A stretch of 64,000 nucleotides of DNA from NCBI GenBank assembly GCA_951406725.2, contig OX597839.1, positions 30,380,001 through 30,444,000 of the forward strand. Direction: 5' to 3'. A program made the position numbers and the translations under genes. Shown here piece after piece: positions 51,664 to 64,000 of the stretch. The DNA comes from Octopus vulgaris. Lineage: Eukaryota. Below the pieces are notes generated by a model. The model worked only from the letters and a program-made list of their open reading frames with translations, was not told the DNA's origin and searched no databases. Each line of letters begins with the position of its first letter. Position 1 is the first letter of the stretch.

Positions 51664-53101
51664 ATTTCTTGGTGTCAAGAGTGTTGGCAATGTCATCGTA
51701 GATGTCTGAAGGATCTTCACAACCATTATTGACACCATTTGTACCAGTACATTTCCCAGAATCTACATTTGCAGAACCACCACCGATCTTTGAGGTTAGA
51801 AACTTTACTTGGCCAGACTGGATCACATTTTCATAGCTCCCTCTTTTCTTCTTTGCACTAAAAGTACCGTCAGGTACAGGTTCCGATGACAAGGATGATG
51901 ATGATGAACAAGATGACAACGATGAGGGTGATCTATTTAAAGGCTGAACTCGAGATGGTAATCGCACATCATTGGCAGCATTTTTCAAAATATTTGCAAG
52001 TTTCTTTTTTTGTAGAATATTTTCAGCAGCCTGAGACTTGTAAGTTGTCCCAGCAGTGCTGGATGGAGTTCTTTCATTGACCGCAATTTTACAAGAAGAA
52101 TCAATATCAAATTTAATGTTCTGCAAGCTGCTGATATTCCTATCGTGTGTGCTGTTAAGGAAATCCGAATATGAAGTCTTGGTTGATCCAAGGGTGGCAG
52201 CCCGAGACTTGAACAATTCTGAGGAGGATAACAAGTTGGAAGGTTTAAAATCTCCTCTCAAAGGCAGAGTTGCTGTTGCTGCCGCCGCCGATATTCCTCG
52301 CACATTTGCTGAGGAAGCTTTCACAAAGTCATGAGTGCCACCAATGCCACTGTCATCGACCGACTTCTCAAACTTATTACGTAAGTCCTTCATTTTGGCA
52401 TCAGCAAACCTTTTCATGATAAGTTCACATTCTTTGAGGTCGTTGTGCACAGGGGACTTTCGAGTGTCTTCTAAACTCTGCAAACGCTCAAGAATTAAAT
52501 GTTTTGTGTTAGACTTTTGGGGGAAGAACAAATTTTCTGCAGAGCTTGTGTGTTCCAATGGATAACCTTCATTTCTGCAAGGAAGCGTATCACGTGATGC
52601 AAGTGATCTGTCCGAGCCTGTAATGTCTGATGCTGACAGCATCTTCTTCCTGCCATGCAGATACAAGCTCCTTTCGCAAGGGCTTTCATAAGACAGAATT
52701 GTTCTGGAAACTTTACTGGTCGATTGTGAATTACAGCCATCAGGCATTTTAGACGGAGCCTTGACGTCTGTCAACTGAGTAATACTGCTATTACTGCTGG
52801 TACTACTAGCACTACTCGTCCGTGATGATATACGGTTTTTGGTACCTTTAGTTCCACTTAAATCACTGCGACTGAGACGAGGTTTTGGACTCGGACGTAC
52901 AGCAGCCGTCCCTCCTGCTTTTGAAGTTGCTGTCCCTCTGGCTTTTGAAGTTGCTGTTCCTCCGGCTCTTGAAGCTGCAGCTGGTTTCTTGCTGGGAGAC
53001 ACCACATTCACTGCTCTTGGCTGCGCAATGACCTCACTGTTCTTTTCCTCAAACAGCGAGGTCAAATCTGACACTTTTTTAGGGGGTTTAGTGGTATTCA
53101 T
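51664..53101 (-). CDS. First coding exon (479 codons plus 1 nt) of a large gene: disordered Ser/Thr/Lys-rich N-terminus with frabin-like putative F-actin-binding motifs and YENV/YDDI motifs; possibly a Rho-family regulator or adaptor
   Basis: 1.4-kb open frame not built from microsatellites; acceptor ttcttttcctttgtacag (exon starts 53158); in-frame TAA at 53143-53141 upstream of ATG 53101; donor AAGAAAT|gtaagt at 51663, so the ORF-track tail 51494-51663 is intron. Confidence 0.88.
52901..52981 (-). repeat. In-frame 21-bp coding tandem repeat (about 3 units, xGTATSK-like)
   Basis: SRAGGTATSKARGTATSKAGGTAA. Confidence 0.8.
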
Positions 53102-53109
53102 GACTTCAG

Positions 53110-53127
53110 CTAATTCTCTGACCCCAT
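53110..53127 (-). promoter_or_regulatory. Upstream ORF MGSEN* in optimal Kozak context
   Basis: ACCACCATGGGGTCAGAGAATTAG ends 8 nt before the main ATG and lies within the same exon. Confidence 0.6.
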
Positions 53128-56100
53128 GGTGGTTGGTAGTTTAGGTGCAAAGCAAGACCTGTACAAAGGAAAAGAAAGAAATATTATCTGATGGGTTAAA
53201 TCAGTGACATATAAAAGGAGGAAATGGTGTGAAGAGTCTTAGAGAAAATAAACATAAACCAATGCTAGAGCTCAAGCAGACAGGAATAGCAGCCAAAACT
53301 CCCTCAAATCACATCCTACTGTCTTAAAAAAAGAACATATTGGACAGAGAAGTCCTGGATCTAGAAAAAGACAGGATAGTTTCAGCTGTAATAATTTTGA
53401 TCATCTCTGCTCAATGTGGGTTAACCAAGGGTTAAACAATAACGTGGGATTAAATCAAGAAACTCTCAAGGGATTAGGTCCAGTGTTTAATCCTGTGATG
53501 TGAACTGTTTGGGGGTTAAGACCCAAAGTTGATGTAAACACATTCAGTGAAATTATAAGGATTGCTAAACTCCCTAGCCATTCCTCAGACTCCCGGCACT
53601 CAACTCAGCTGTTCATTAAATATATCATTCCTCACAAAAGTAATTTCTATGGAATTGTGTCAATAACAAATAATTAGGACAACGAAAATGATTTCACACT
53701 GAATATTAAATGTTTAAGAGAAGTCTTTGTATATTTCTGGATGATTAATTTGTGTCTTCCATGCTGTAATTGTTTTAGCTGCAACACAATCTCAGGTCAA
53801 TCCACTTGAAAACAATTTACATGAAAATATATGTATGTTTGAATGTGTTTATGTGTTTGTATGCAGGTGATTATCTATAATACATATATTACACCAAAGT
53901 CGTTGAATATATATATATATATATATATATCATAATTGAATGTCCTCCTTCCATCCATGCATGGATAGGACAGTTGACTGGAGGTGGCCAAGTAGAAAAC
54001 TACCCTAGGCTACTGCCTGTTTTGGCAGGGTTTTTATGGCTAGATGCCCTTCCTAAAACTTAGTGTGAAATTAATAAGACAAAAGAGAATTTCTATTAAC
54101 CCTTTAACATTCAGATTGCTCTGTCAAAATGTAATATTTATTCACATTGTCTTCAATTTATCATTATCTTTTGGCCCCATTGATGGTTTAAATGCTAAAC
54201 AGTTAAACCCAACAATTTTTATGCTCCTTTTTCACCCCTCTCCAAACCCCTGCAATAAAATCTGCATCTCCATTTACAGATTTATTTCTCATCTGCTTCA
54301 CATTCTAAAACCAAAGTGAAGCACTCCAATTCAAGAATGCTGTGATATTGCTGAGGACGCCTTCATCACATTCCTCAGAACCTCTTCAATGTTTGATTGT
54401 TGTGTCAGTTTTATTTCTTCTACAAAACAAATGTAGTTTCCCACATTCTAAGCAAGGTTGGCCATAGTTTACTGATTGTCGAATTTATTTCCATGGTCCA
54501 TTGCACACACAAAGATAGGCTTCTTCAAGAAGTTGAGGCTTGTATGCTGTGATGATTTCTTTCCTTAAAACCTCACATTTACAACTCCATGCTGTCTGCT
54601 CAGAGAAACATTAAAATCAAAAAATAACCAACAAATGTATGCTTTGATGATTCCTTTGTACAACCTTTCCTATTTAATGTGATGCTCTGATGACTGAAAA
54701 TAATTTCGTTTTTAATGGAACCCGAAAGATATATGCCATGACAGCTTCTGTCTTCTGATCTCCACTTTTAGATTGCCCTGCTCCATTCTCTCTCCTCCCA
54801 TTTAAACCATTATGCTCCATGCTTTAAAGACTTCGGATTTTCCTAAAATATAACAGCAATATATGTCATGTTAGTCAAATATAATCAGCAGAAGTCAAAG
54901 AGGTTATCAGAAGACGCTGTCAACAAGAGTCACTTTAGTAAAAAGCAAGAGTCGTGGACAGTTGTCAATATGTTGTGAGGAGAAAAAGAAATGATGAACA
55001 CAACTAAGGACCTTCATCTTGTGCCACAGCTTTCGTTTCATACCTCAAATACATCTTGACCAATAACTATGGAGTTAACTTTTTAATTACCTTAGGTTGC
55101 TACTTGGGTTAATGATAGAATTTATGATATGCTTGCTTTCATCAACTAAACCTTAAAGCTTACAAACAGATGTTTATTAGAAAAGGGAATTCGGGACTTA
55201 GCATATTTATTGCTTGTGGAAATAACTGCGCAATAACAGATAGGTGTGTTAAACCCCACAAATATAACACATCTATTACTTGTGCTGTTGCCTGGCAAAC
55301 CACAGACACAGGGTTCAAATCTTACCCAAAACCTTTTTCGTTCCCTTTCTGTTCCAAATTATGGGAAAAGGTGAAATTGATAATTTCTCAATATTTGTGG
55401 TGTTGTGGAAATGTTTTCAATCAAGGTTTAACACCTTTTCGTGCTGGATGTTACTGGAATAAACCATCCTGTTAGTATTTGAGAGAAGTTTCAAGCTTCA
55501 TAGCCCTGTTTTCAAACTGAAATTCTGTGGTTTAGAAGGTTGCTTACATAGCAACAAATTCCTTCTTACAAATATACAAATAAAAGCAAAAATAGGAAAT
55601 AAAAGATAGAAAAAATAAAAGGGTGTAAAAACTAATATAAAAAATAATAAAAGAATACAAAAAGTAACTACAACAGTATGTGTAAAAAAATAAGAAAGAA
55701 GAAAAAAGAAAAAGGTGGAAGGTAAGAAGACAAAAAGTAGTTGAAAATGATCTAGTCTATCAGGAATAAAGAAATGAAATATTTGTAGGAGTGGTCAAAA
55801 GAAGACAATTGTAAATCTTGATTTGAGGTAATTTTATTCATTTTTTACAGTTGGTATGGTGTGTCCTCATTTAGTCACACATACATATATATATATACAC
55901 ACACACCCATACACATACATTCGCCCATACACACATTCATATACATACACATCTCCATGTGTATACATATACATAAATATCCATACGTACATGCACACAT
56001 ATATACACACACAACCACACACACATACATATATATGTGTACACATGCATGTGTTCCACATAAGAGGGTGTCACTAAAGCTGCTAAATGTACTGAGTTGT

Positions 56101-56526
56101 GACCTATTTACAGAGAGTGGACTGGGCCAGCAATGAATAATGTTGCCCAACACTATGGGCACAAATGCATGGTGGTAGAATTTGAACCTATAATCTCAGT
56201 CCACTTGGCCTTTAGCAACTTTTCAGTTGGTTAAGGAGGGGTGGGGGGGATAGCTTTTAATAAATAAAAAAATAACAAAAGAACTATAAACTTTGATCAG
56301 AATATTTTCTTTCCTGAACAACAAAAAAAGAAAAATTTTACAAAAAGAAAAAAGAATTTCTATCAACATTGAAAACAGATGGAAAAACCAAACATTGAAA
56401 CATTAAGAATTTTATACTGATCCTACCCCCCCCCCACCGCTCTCTTAGTCTACACACACACACATTTTCTCCCCCCTCTCTACATGTGTGCGTGTATGTG
56501 TGCCTCTGAGTGTGTGCGTGCCTGTG

Positions 56527-56563
<37 letters not shown>

Positions 56564-58807
56564 CTGTATGTGTGAGTGTATAATGCTTTCATTATTTATT
56601 CGTGTTTTATTGGTTTTTAATCTTCTTTTAAAAGATTTATTTAAAATCTTTATAAACTGAACCCTGAAATTTTTTTGGGGTCCCATGATGAAATAATCCA
56701 CCCTCCCACCCACCCCACACACATTGCTCTGAGCAATAAATTAATCGCGTTTTTGTTGTTTTGTTGTTGTCATTTAACGATTATTTTGCAAGAACTTTTC
56801 TCTGCTTTGAGATTAAAAAACAAGATAAAGTGTGTGTGTGTGTGTGAGAAAGAGAGAGTTTGTATGAGTGCAATTAAGTGTGGGCATGTGTGCATATTTG
56901 CATGCATTTGTTCCTAATCTAGTTTATTTCATTAAAAAAACAAACCACAAATGAAATCCACTCCACTTCTCTCTCAATGCAAAGAATTTAATTTCTGCAT
57001 CATTATCGTTTTTTGTTTTTTTTTTCCAGCTCCCTGTAACTTGCTTCAAATATCATTTACCATTTTGTTGTTGTTAGTCTTATTCTTTCTGCTTCAGAAT
57101 TATTTCCATCAGTGGAGCAAAAGAAGGGCCAATGGAATCTAACTCTGTTAATATAGAAATATACACTGCAGCAAGTGGGAAGACAAAACATTTTGAGAAC
57201 ATTACTGGTGTTTCTACAGACTTGCATTTACTTAAACTGTGGCCGTGTAGAAGCCAGAAGCCAAACAATTTTCTGTTTATGGCCAAATGTCATCAACAGA
57301 ATCAGACAAGTCTTGGAAGTCCATCCACCAATCCAACCATCCATTTTCTGTGCCTACTATTCCTAGGAGAGTCCTCAGGTTCCTCCTCCTTAGGATCCAA
57401 TCAGAAACAACTGGCTTTACAAGCAGAACCTCCCCCCCCCCCTGTAGTGTATGTCAAGTAACAATGACATGGTCAAGCTTTTTGTGACTTGAAGACTTCA
57501 TTAATAACATACAATTATTTGCATTAAACCAGTCAGATTTGAAGGCCATGTTTGGAGAGCTTACAAAGGCCATGTTGTACAGGCCTTCTCTCCATGGCCA
57601 TCTATTAAGAAAATAAAAATATTGCAAAGATACGTCATCTAGTGTTGAAAGGAAGGGATGTCTTGAATGATACAGTAATGTGCTTTCTGATATACAAACA
57701 AGACAGGATGGTCATAACTGGATTGCCTTTGATTGTTGAAGACTGCTTGATCAGGATCAACCTGGGGCTAAATAACAACCATCTCTTTTCTTATTTCTTT
57801 CACATTTCACCATCCTTCCATCATCATCATTACCATCATCTGTCACCACAACCACCACCACCATAACCATCATTACAACCACCACCCCCACCTACCAGCA
57901 CCCCATCATCACCTGATCACTTTATATTTTCATTGTAAAAAAAAAATCGCAGTATTTCCTGTGAGAAAACATTCCATTTCCTTTGCTAGAGACTAATAAG
58001 GGGCTGTCACAGGATCTAGTTCTATGTCTTCCTGATATTGGCTCCCTGGGGCACAGAGTAAGAAAGCTCAGTTGCAAAGAGAGATGTTCTCCCTCACATT
58101 TATAAACATCCACATACAAGTGCATGCGTGCATGCACATCAACACGTGTATGTGTGCTCATTAGCATACATTTATATGTATGCTTGTTAGCATGGGTAAA
58201 AGCTCATGTGAGTGTTGTGCATTTGGGGTTTGCTGAACACGAGTGTGTTTCTGCTGAAGTGAATATTCACATCAACATAAGACACGTGGCTACCTCTACA
58301 GTCACACACACACACACACACACACACAATTGTATGTACAGACCCATAAACACTCACACACAAATGTATACACACACATACACAGAGTTCCAAAATAAAC
58401 TTATTCCTACACAAACATACACCTTCCTTATAAACACACACATACACTCACACAGAACCTCCATTCAATGCTATGTTTGTCTGTCTGTGTGTCCGTCTTC
58501 AGAGATTTCCTGTACCTCAACAGGATACACCTGTAGCTTAAGTAAAAGATTTGAAACGGAATTACTGTCACTCTGCCACTTCACTAATTTACAGCCAGAT
58601 ATCTCTTAAATCAGATGAAGAAAGCTGCTCCAGGAACCTCAATTCCTCACACATCCCCCCCTCTTCAATCATTTGCTTCTATATAAAGAAATTCTTCAGT
58701 CACCTGTTTACTGCTCTTCTACTCACCCCACCACAAAAACGCAAGCCTTATGGCATCATTAGAGGGCAGGTGACCAGTCTGTTACACTCAATCCCTCTCC
58801 AATAGAA

Positions 58808-59180
58808 CAGTGATTCTCAACCCTTTTTTTTTACTCTTGAACCTTTTACATTCTTATTTTATTCAGGTGTACCCCACCCCCACACAAAAACCATTCAATA
58901 TTTAAAAGCTAGTTTTATAGAAACTCGTTTCAAAATTCCAATTTTGTTTTTCACGAGCTCACTTGCAGACTTTTGCAATAGAACTCTTTCAAAGAACTTG
59001 TTTCAATGACCAAAAACTATGTCAAACATTAGAGAAAGAAACCTTTGCTGTTTCTTGCAATAAAATACATCGAAAGCAAAATCCCTTTTCATGAACCCTT
59101 AAAATACTACAGTGGACATTGAATATCTTGCTTGCACAAATCCCCAAAAATCTTATATGAACCCAAGTTAAGAACCACTG
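58808..59180. mobile_element. hAT MITE (same family as 451-739)
   Basis: TIRs cagtgattctcaac...gttaagaaccactg; TSD caatagaa/cagtagaa (7 of 8 match). Confidence 0.8.
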
Positions 59181-59299
59181 CAGTAGAAGCTGTGTTTTGC
59201 TGTCACTTTGTGAAGAATTTTTTTGTATGAAAATTACTTGCTGATAACATTAAGCAGAGAACATAACACTATTTGGATTACTGATTCTAATAAATGAAT

Positions 59300-59365
59300 A
59301 ATTTTTAATTCAACATAAATAGTTTGGGACATAAGTCCCAAACTATTTATGTTGAATTAAAAATT
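59300..59365. repeat. Perfect 31-bp inverted repeat with 4-nt loop
   Basis: aatttttaattcaacataaatagtttgggac-ataa-gtcccaaactatttatgttgaattaaaaatt. Confidence 0.95.
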
Positions 59366-59783
59366 GCTTTCAGTAGCAATAACTGCTTGATAACATTATC
59401 CTTAATTATAATAAATGGCTTTGTGTGAGTATAATGTGAGAAATGAGCAAAGATTATTATAAGATACAAAAGGCAGAACAAATGAAAAAGAAAATTGAAA
59501 ATTTAGCCTTTGTTAGTTGTCTTGCTAAATTTCCTGATAGTTTTGACACCCTAGAACCGTCCTGTTAGTAGGGTCAACAATCATTAGATATGGCTGTTAG
59601 GCAATAAATGCAATGAAGACAAGATACCTACATATACAAGATTTTCTATAGTTTCCATCGACCAATTCCTCTCAAAAAGTTTTGGTTAACTCAAGGCTAC
59701 AATGGAAGACAAGATGTCAGGCAGTGGAAAAGAACTTGAAATCACATGGTCACAAAGCAAACTCCATGTCCACACAGTCATGC

Positions 59784-59823
<40 letters not shown>

Positions 59824-59949
59824 ACTTGGTAGCAGACCAACATTCTGCTCTTGTAACCATGTTAAGTTTATAACCAAATTATTGAAGCCGGGATGGGCTT
59901 AATTGTTATAGACATGAATCATAACAGGATCACATCTCATTAGAAATTA

Positions 59950-60850
59950 ACAAAAGAACTTCTGTGATGAGTTTAGACTTCCATTCAATCTTAAGAAGAC
60001 CAAAGTCATGCTAAAACCAGCAGCAGGCAAGCCATACATGCCCACCACTTATACACATCATGGCCAGAAAGTTACAAGTTGTGGCTATGTTTATCTATCT
60101 TGGTAGCCCACAATCTAGATTTAATACACATGGTGAGGAGGGCAGTTAGGGACTTTCTAGGGCTTGTAATTCATTTGGAAAGCTTGAAATGAGGCTCCAG
60201 TCACAATTGGACATCAAAGCAGCAATGAAAGTCGAGGTCAAGCATGCATGTCTTAACAATGCTGTTGTATGGATGCAAAACCTGGACAACCCACCACAGG
60301 CAGACCCAACATCAAAGGTGATTCCACCAGTGATGTTCACATGATATCCTGAAGATCTCTTGGCAATCACATGTACTTGACATGAGAGGACTGCTGTAGC
60401 TGGCAAAAAGGATGAGTATTGAGTGCATGGTTATGAAACATTAACTTAGATGGTCTGGTCATCTTGTCTGTTTAGAGGACAGCTGCAAGCCAAAGCAGGT
60501 AGTGTATAGTGAGCTGGTGGAGCAAGGGAGATGTCCCTAGTGAAAGCCCTGCAACTATTTCAAAGACAACCTTAAAGACACACTTAAAAAGATCAATGTT
60601 GATACTTGGGAATATTGATACTGGGAAGCCCTTGCATCAGATAGGGAGCTGTGGAGGAACCTAATTGCTATGGGTCTAAAGAATTCAAGAACAACAGGGC
60701 TATATAAACCAAGGTGAAATGGGTTGGTAAATATATGGAGGATGCGAACCCTCTTCCTGTGAAGAGCAGAAAAGAGTCCCTTTTGTGTGGTCAGTGTGGT
60801 CATGTCAACTTCTCAAAGGGAGGCCTATTCTGCTACAAGCATGGTCATGG
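59950..60850 (+). pseudogene. Decayed RTE-BovB-like LINE 3' half
   Basis: NLKKTKVML.PAAGKPY, FIYLGS, LLYGCKTWT, LRWSGHL, FKDNLKDTLK, WEALASDRELWR and a C-terminal CGQCG motif, with many frameshifts. Confidence 0.75.
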
Positions 60851-61830
60851 AGGCCCCCATCACCACCACCACCACCACCATCTAGCAATGGGATAACCAG
60901 CCAGTCCCAACATCCAGGTGGTCAAGTTATTACTGGAGGACTGACTTGTGGTCAGTGTAGAGTGACATGCAGGTGCCTTGTAGACCTTGGGGGCCATAGG
61001 AGACATCACCAGTGATGGGAAGACCCAACAGGAGATGTGTTTTTACTTGGTTATGAGTTGACTTCCGTCTCACACACACACATTTAGAGAGAAGGAACGT
61101 TAAAAGTCAGAAGGTAGGGAGGGGTGAATATATTTATATTCACCTTTCATATCTCTGGACCTTTCAGGATCTATATACTCCTCATTAAATAATTTCATTG
61201 ATTGGATCTCCTGGATTTCAGCTGCACAAAACACAGCATTATGTTCCTCTGTATTGGAATACTATTGTGTGGTATGATAGCTGGGTCCAGTAGAGGAGCT
61301 TTCTGTGATAGCCACATGATTCTCTGAATCCACATATTACACTACAAATTTACACACACACACACACACACACGTGTGCGTGTGCGTGTTTCCTTGTTTC
61401 AAAATCAAATAATAATTGTAAACGAGCGTCCTTGTCATTAAGCAGTATCATTCATTTCCCAATATTCTGCAAACACATGTCTGGTCATGGAGGAATATTA
61501 CCCAGTTTGGAAACAGGAAGGGGTATCCAGCTGTAGAAAAGCTGCATCAATAAACCTCATCAAAGCCATGCCAGCATGGAAAAGCAGACATTATGATGAT
61601 GATGATGTCATCATCATCATCATCATCATATAATAGGTTTTAAACAGGTTACTGTGTTTAAAAAACACAGCCAGTAAATTCAGATTGAATATGAAATACA
61701 ATAGCATGCTGCTTCTCATCTTTAACCTTTGGTTTTATATCCATTATTTAATTGTGTGTTGGGAGGTTGGGAGGTTTGTCAGCTGCACCAAACTGAATCA
61801 GTCAGACACGACTTTGACTCATCTTCCTTT

Positions 61831-62121
61831 GGCCTTACTCACATTATTGGCAATAGTTACATCATCAGCTCTACCCACATTATCAGCTCTACCCACATTA
61901 TCAGCTCTAACCACATTATCGGCTTTACCCACATTATCAGCCCTACTCACATTATCAACTCTGCCCACATTATCAACTCTGCCCACATTATCGGTTCTGC
62001 TCACATTATCAGCCCTACCCACATTATCAACTCTGCTCACATTATCAACTCTGTCCACATTATCAGCCCTACCCACATTACCAGCTCTGGCCACATTATT
62101 GGCTTTGCTCACATTATCAAA
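61831..62121. repeat. 18-bp minisatellite, about 16 indel-free units
   Basis: cacattatc core recurs exactly every 18 bp from 61841 to 62111. Confidence 0.95.
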
Positions 62122-63089
62122 CCTTGTATTGGAGGAGATGTGGACCCTCATTGTGTGGAAGTGATTCATTCTGTGACAAAAGAAGAAGACAAGAATGAAA
62201 TGCAAAAGAAGAAAGTTTATGGGGCCTATTTTGTCGTAGCTATTCAGTTTGTTGGTTGGAGGCCCAGGATTCAGGAATTTGGCTGGTGTGGAATTGAAAT
62301 GCATCTGGAACAAGATTGGAATTGGAGGTTTTTGTATGTAAACAAAAAGGGGGAGGTTTCTGCCTTCCTCCTCCTCCTCAGCATGTTGCCTGATAGGATT
62401 GCATGAAAGATACAACACACACACACACACACAGAGGAAGGTTTCATAAGCATAAAATCAGCAGAAATTAACCGAATAAAGGACTCACTTTATTATATAC
62501 ATATGTATACATGCACACACACACACACGCATACATATATTATAGATACTCAAATACACACACATGATGAGATAAGATCTTTGAATGTTAGACCTTGCAG
62601 ACAAGATGATGCAGGATGTAGATAAATGATTTATCACAGTATACACCCTCCCCCAACTCCTACCAGCTTAGAGTGACAGATGTTTATTTAGAATTAAATA
62701 ATGTTGAAGAAGACACACACCCTAAACACACACACACACTCATGTGGTCTGTCTTTATCTTGCAAATGATGGGTGGAACGATTTTGGCATCTAATGGAAC
62801 ATTTTATTTTGTTTGATTAAAAAAAAAATGTTAATTGTTCAATCATAAACCTCATTCATTAGTCATATCTGATTCTAGATTATGTCCAGGATATGAAGCT
62901 GGGTGTTTTCTAAACAAATACTTAGTTTCTCAGGAGTTCAAATTCCTCTCCAGTCAGGGTGGCCAGACCACATTCATAAAACACTGTGGAATATTTTCAA
63001 GATTTCAGAGGATTATGTGATAAAAGGAACCTGTATACATTCACTAGAGGAGCTTTCCATGATAGCCACATTATATATATGTATATATA

Positions 63090-63428
63090 TGTGTTGGGCC
63101 TCATGAAGGCAAAGTGGCTGAGTTCCTTTCGAGTGTTGGGCCTCACGGAGGCAATGACCAAGACCTTTGGCATTATGTCGTGCTTGAGAAGAAGACTCAT
63201 CAAGCTGAGCAGAATTGCAGTCATGGCAGACACTGGTGTCATGTGAATGGCACCTGTGCCAGTGGCATGTTAAAGCACCCATTACACTCTTGGAGTGGTT
63301 GGTGTTAGGAAGGGCATCCAGCCACAGAAAATCATGCAAATCAGACTGGAGTCTGCTGCAGCATGCCAGCCCAGTCCAACCGTCCAACCCATGCCAGCAT
63401 GGACAACGGATGCTAAATGATGATGACA
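63090..63428 (+). mobile_element. 5'-truncated RTE copy (last ORF codons plus 3'UTR)
   Basis: LGLTEAMT..DLWHYVVLEKKTHQAE parallels the end of the 45463-45831 ORF; conserved tail with (GAT)n. Confidence 0.8.
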
Positions 63429-64000
63429 GATAAGCAGCCATTGATCTCTAGAGACCATGGGTCTGCACTTGGGTAATCTATGTCAGCCATTGATGGTGGT
63501 ACTGTGTCTGCTGTAGCTGTCCAGGTCCACTCTCGTGTGCAGTAACGGCATCGGAAGAAGCTCTCAACCAGCAAAACTACTAACCTTTCCTTTCTTTGAA
63601 CTTTCCTTTCGTGGCAAGTTCCAGTTTCTTTTCCCCCTCGCTCAATCCCCAACAAGGGCAATCCTCCACCAAAGGCACACACACACACACAGACATATTT
63701 CTACATACACATATATACATACAGGGTTTGGCAAAAAGACGCTGATGGAGCACGTCCTACATTTAGGGAAAAATAAATTACTGGAGTCGATTCATTCAAC
63801 TAAAATTCTTCGAGGCATGCTCCAGTATGGCCATAGTCTAATGACTGAAATAAATATAAGATAAATACTACATGCTTAAAGTACATGTGCTGTTTTAAAA
63901 GTTAAAAGCTGCAGTTTATTGTCTGAGAAAAATTCCTTTAACCCTTTCATTACCGTATTTATTTTGAGATGCTATGTGTTTCTTTCAATTATTTTAAATA

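Noticed and set aside
54300-54900. Possible decayed DNA-transposase sequence
   Set aside because: No motif recognisable with confidence; many stops
58600-58645. Hammerhead-like string cagatgaagaaagctgctccaggaac
   Set aside because: Both core boxes are mismatched and no convincing helices form
61592-61632. (GAT)n(CAT)n palindrome
   Set aside because: Trivial microsatellite fold-back at an RTE tail

Overview
AT-rich, microsatellite-dense animal genomic DNA. The mix of tRNA-derived SINEs, RTE LINE tails ending in (GAT)n and (CA)/(TA)/(CAT) runs points to an octopus (coleoid cephalopod); this is an inference, not a database result. Almost the whole window looks intronic to one minus-strand gene whose 3' part runs off the left edge. 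Supported exons are a 1.5-kb first coding exon (53158-51664, ATG 53101) encoding a disordered N-terminus with frabin-like KVSDLxxxFE motifs and SH2-type tyrosine motifs, a phase-consistent second chain (23079-22908, 21137-21071, 8980-8890) and a 24-nt microexon (1622-1599). No catalytic domain lies in the window, so no gene symbol is given. The introns contain three SINE families, RTE, CR1, Penelope and Gypsy relics, two Helitrons with intact termini, hAT and piggyBac MITEs with TSDs, and a maT-type mariner fragment. The most unusual signal is a dispersed repeat (three near-complete copies, two forming a ~144-bp-arm inverted repeat) that folds by eye into a minimal hammerhead ribozyme with a swapped G3:C8 core (GUGAACA instead of CUGANGA); one copy lies downstream of a Penelope GIY-YIG relic. 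Most ORFs in the supplied track are microsatellite artefacts. All alignments and folds were done by eye, and repeat boundaries are approximate unless a TSD is quoted.
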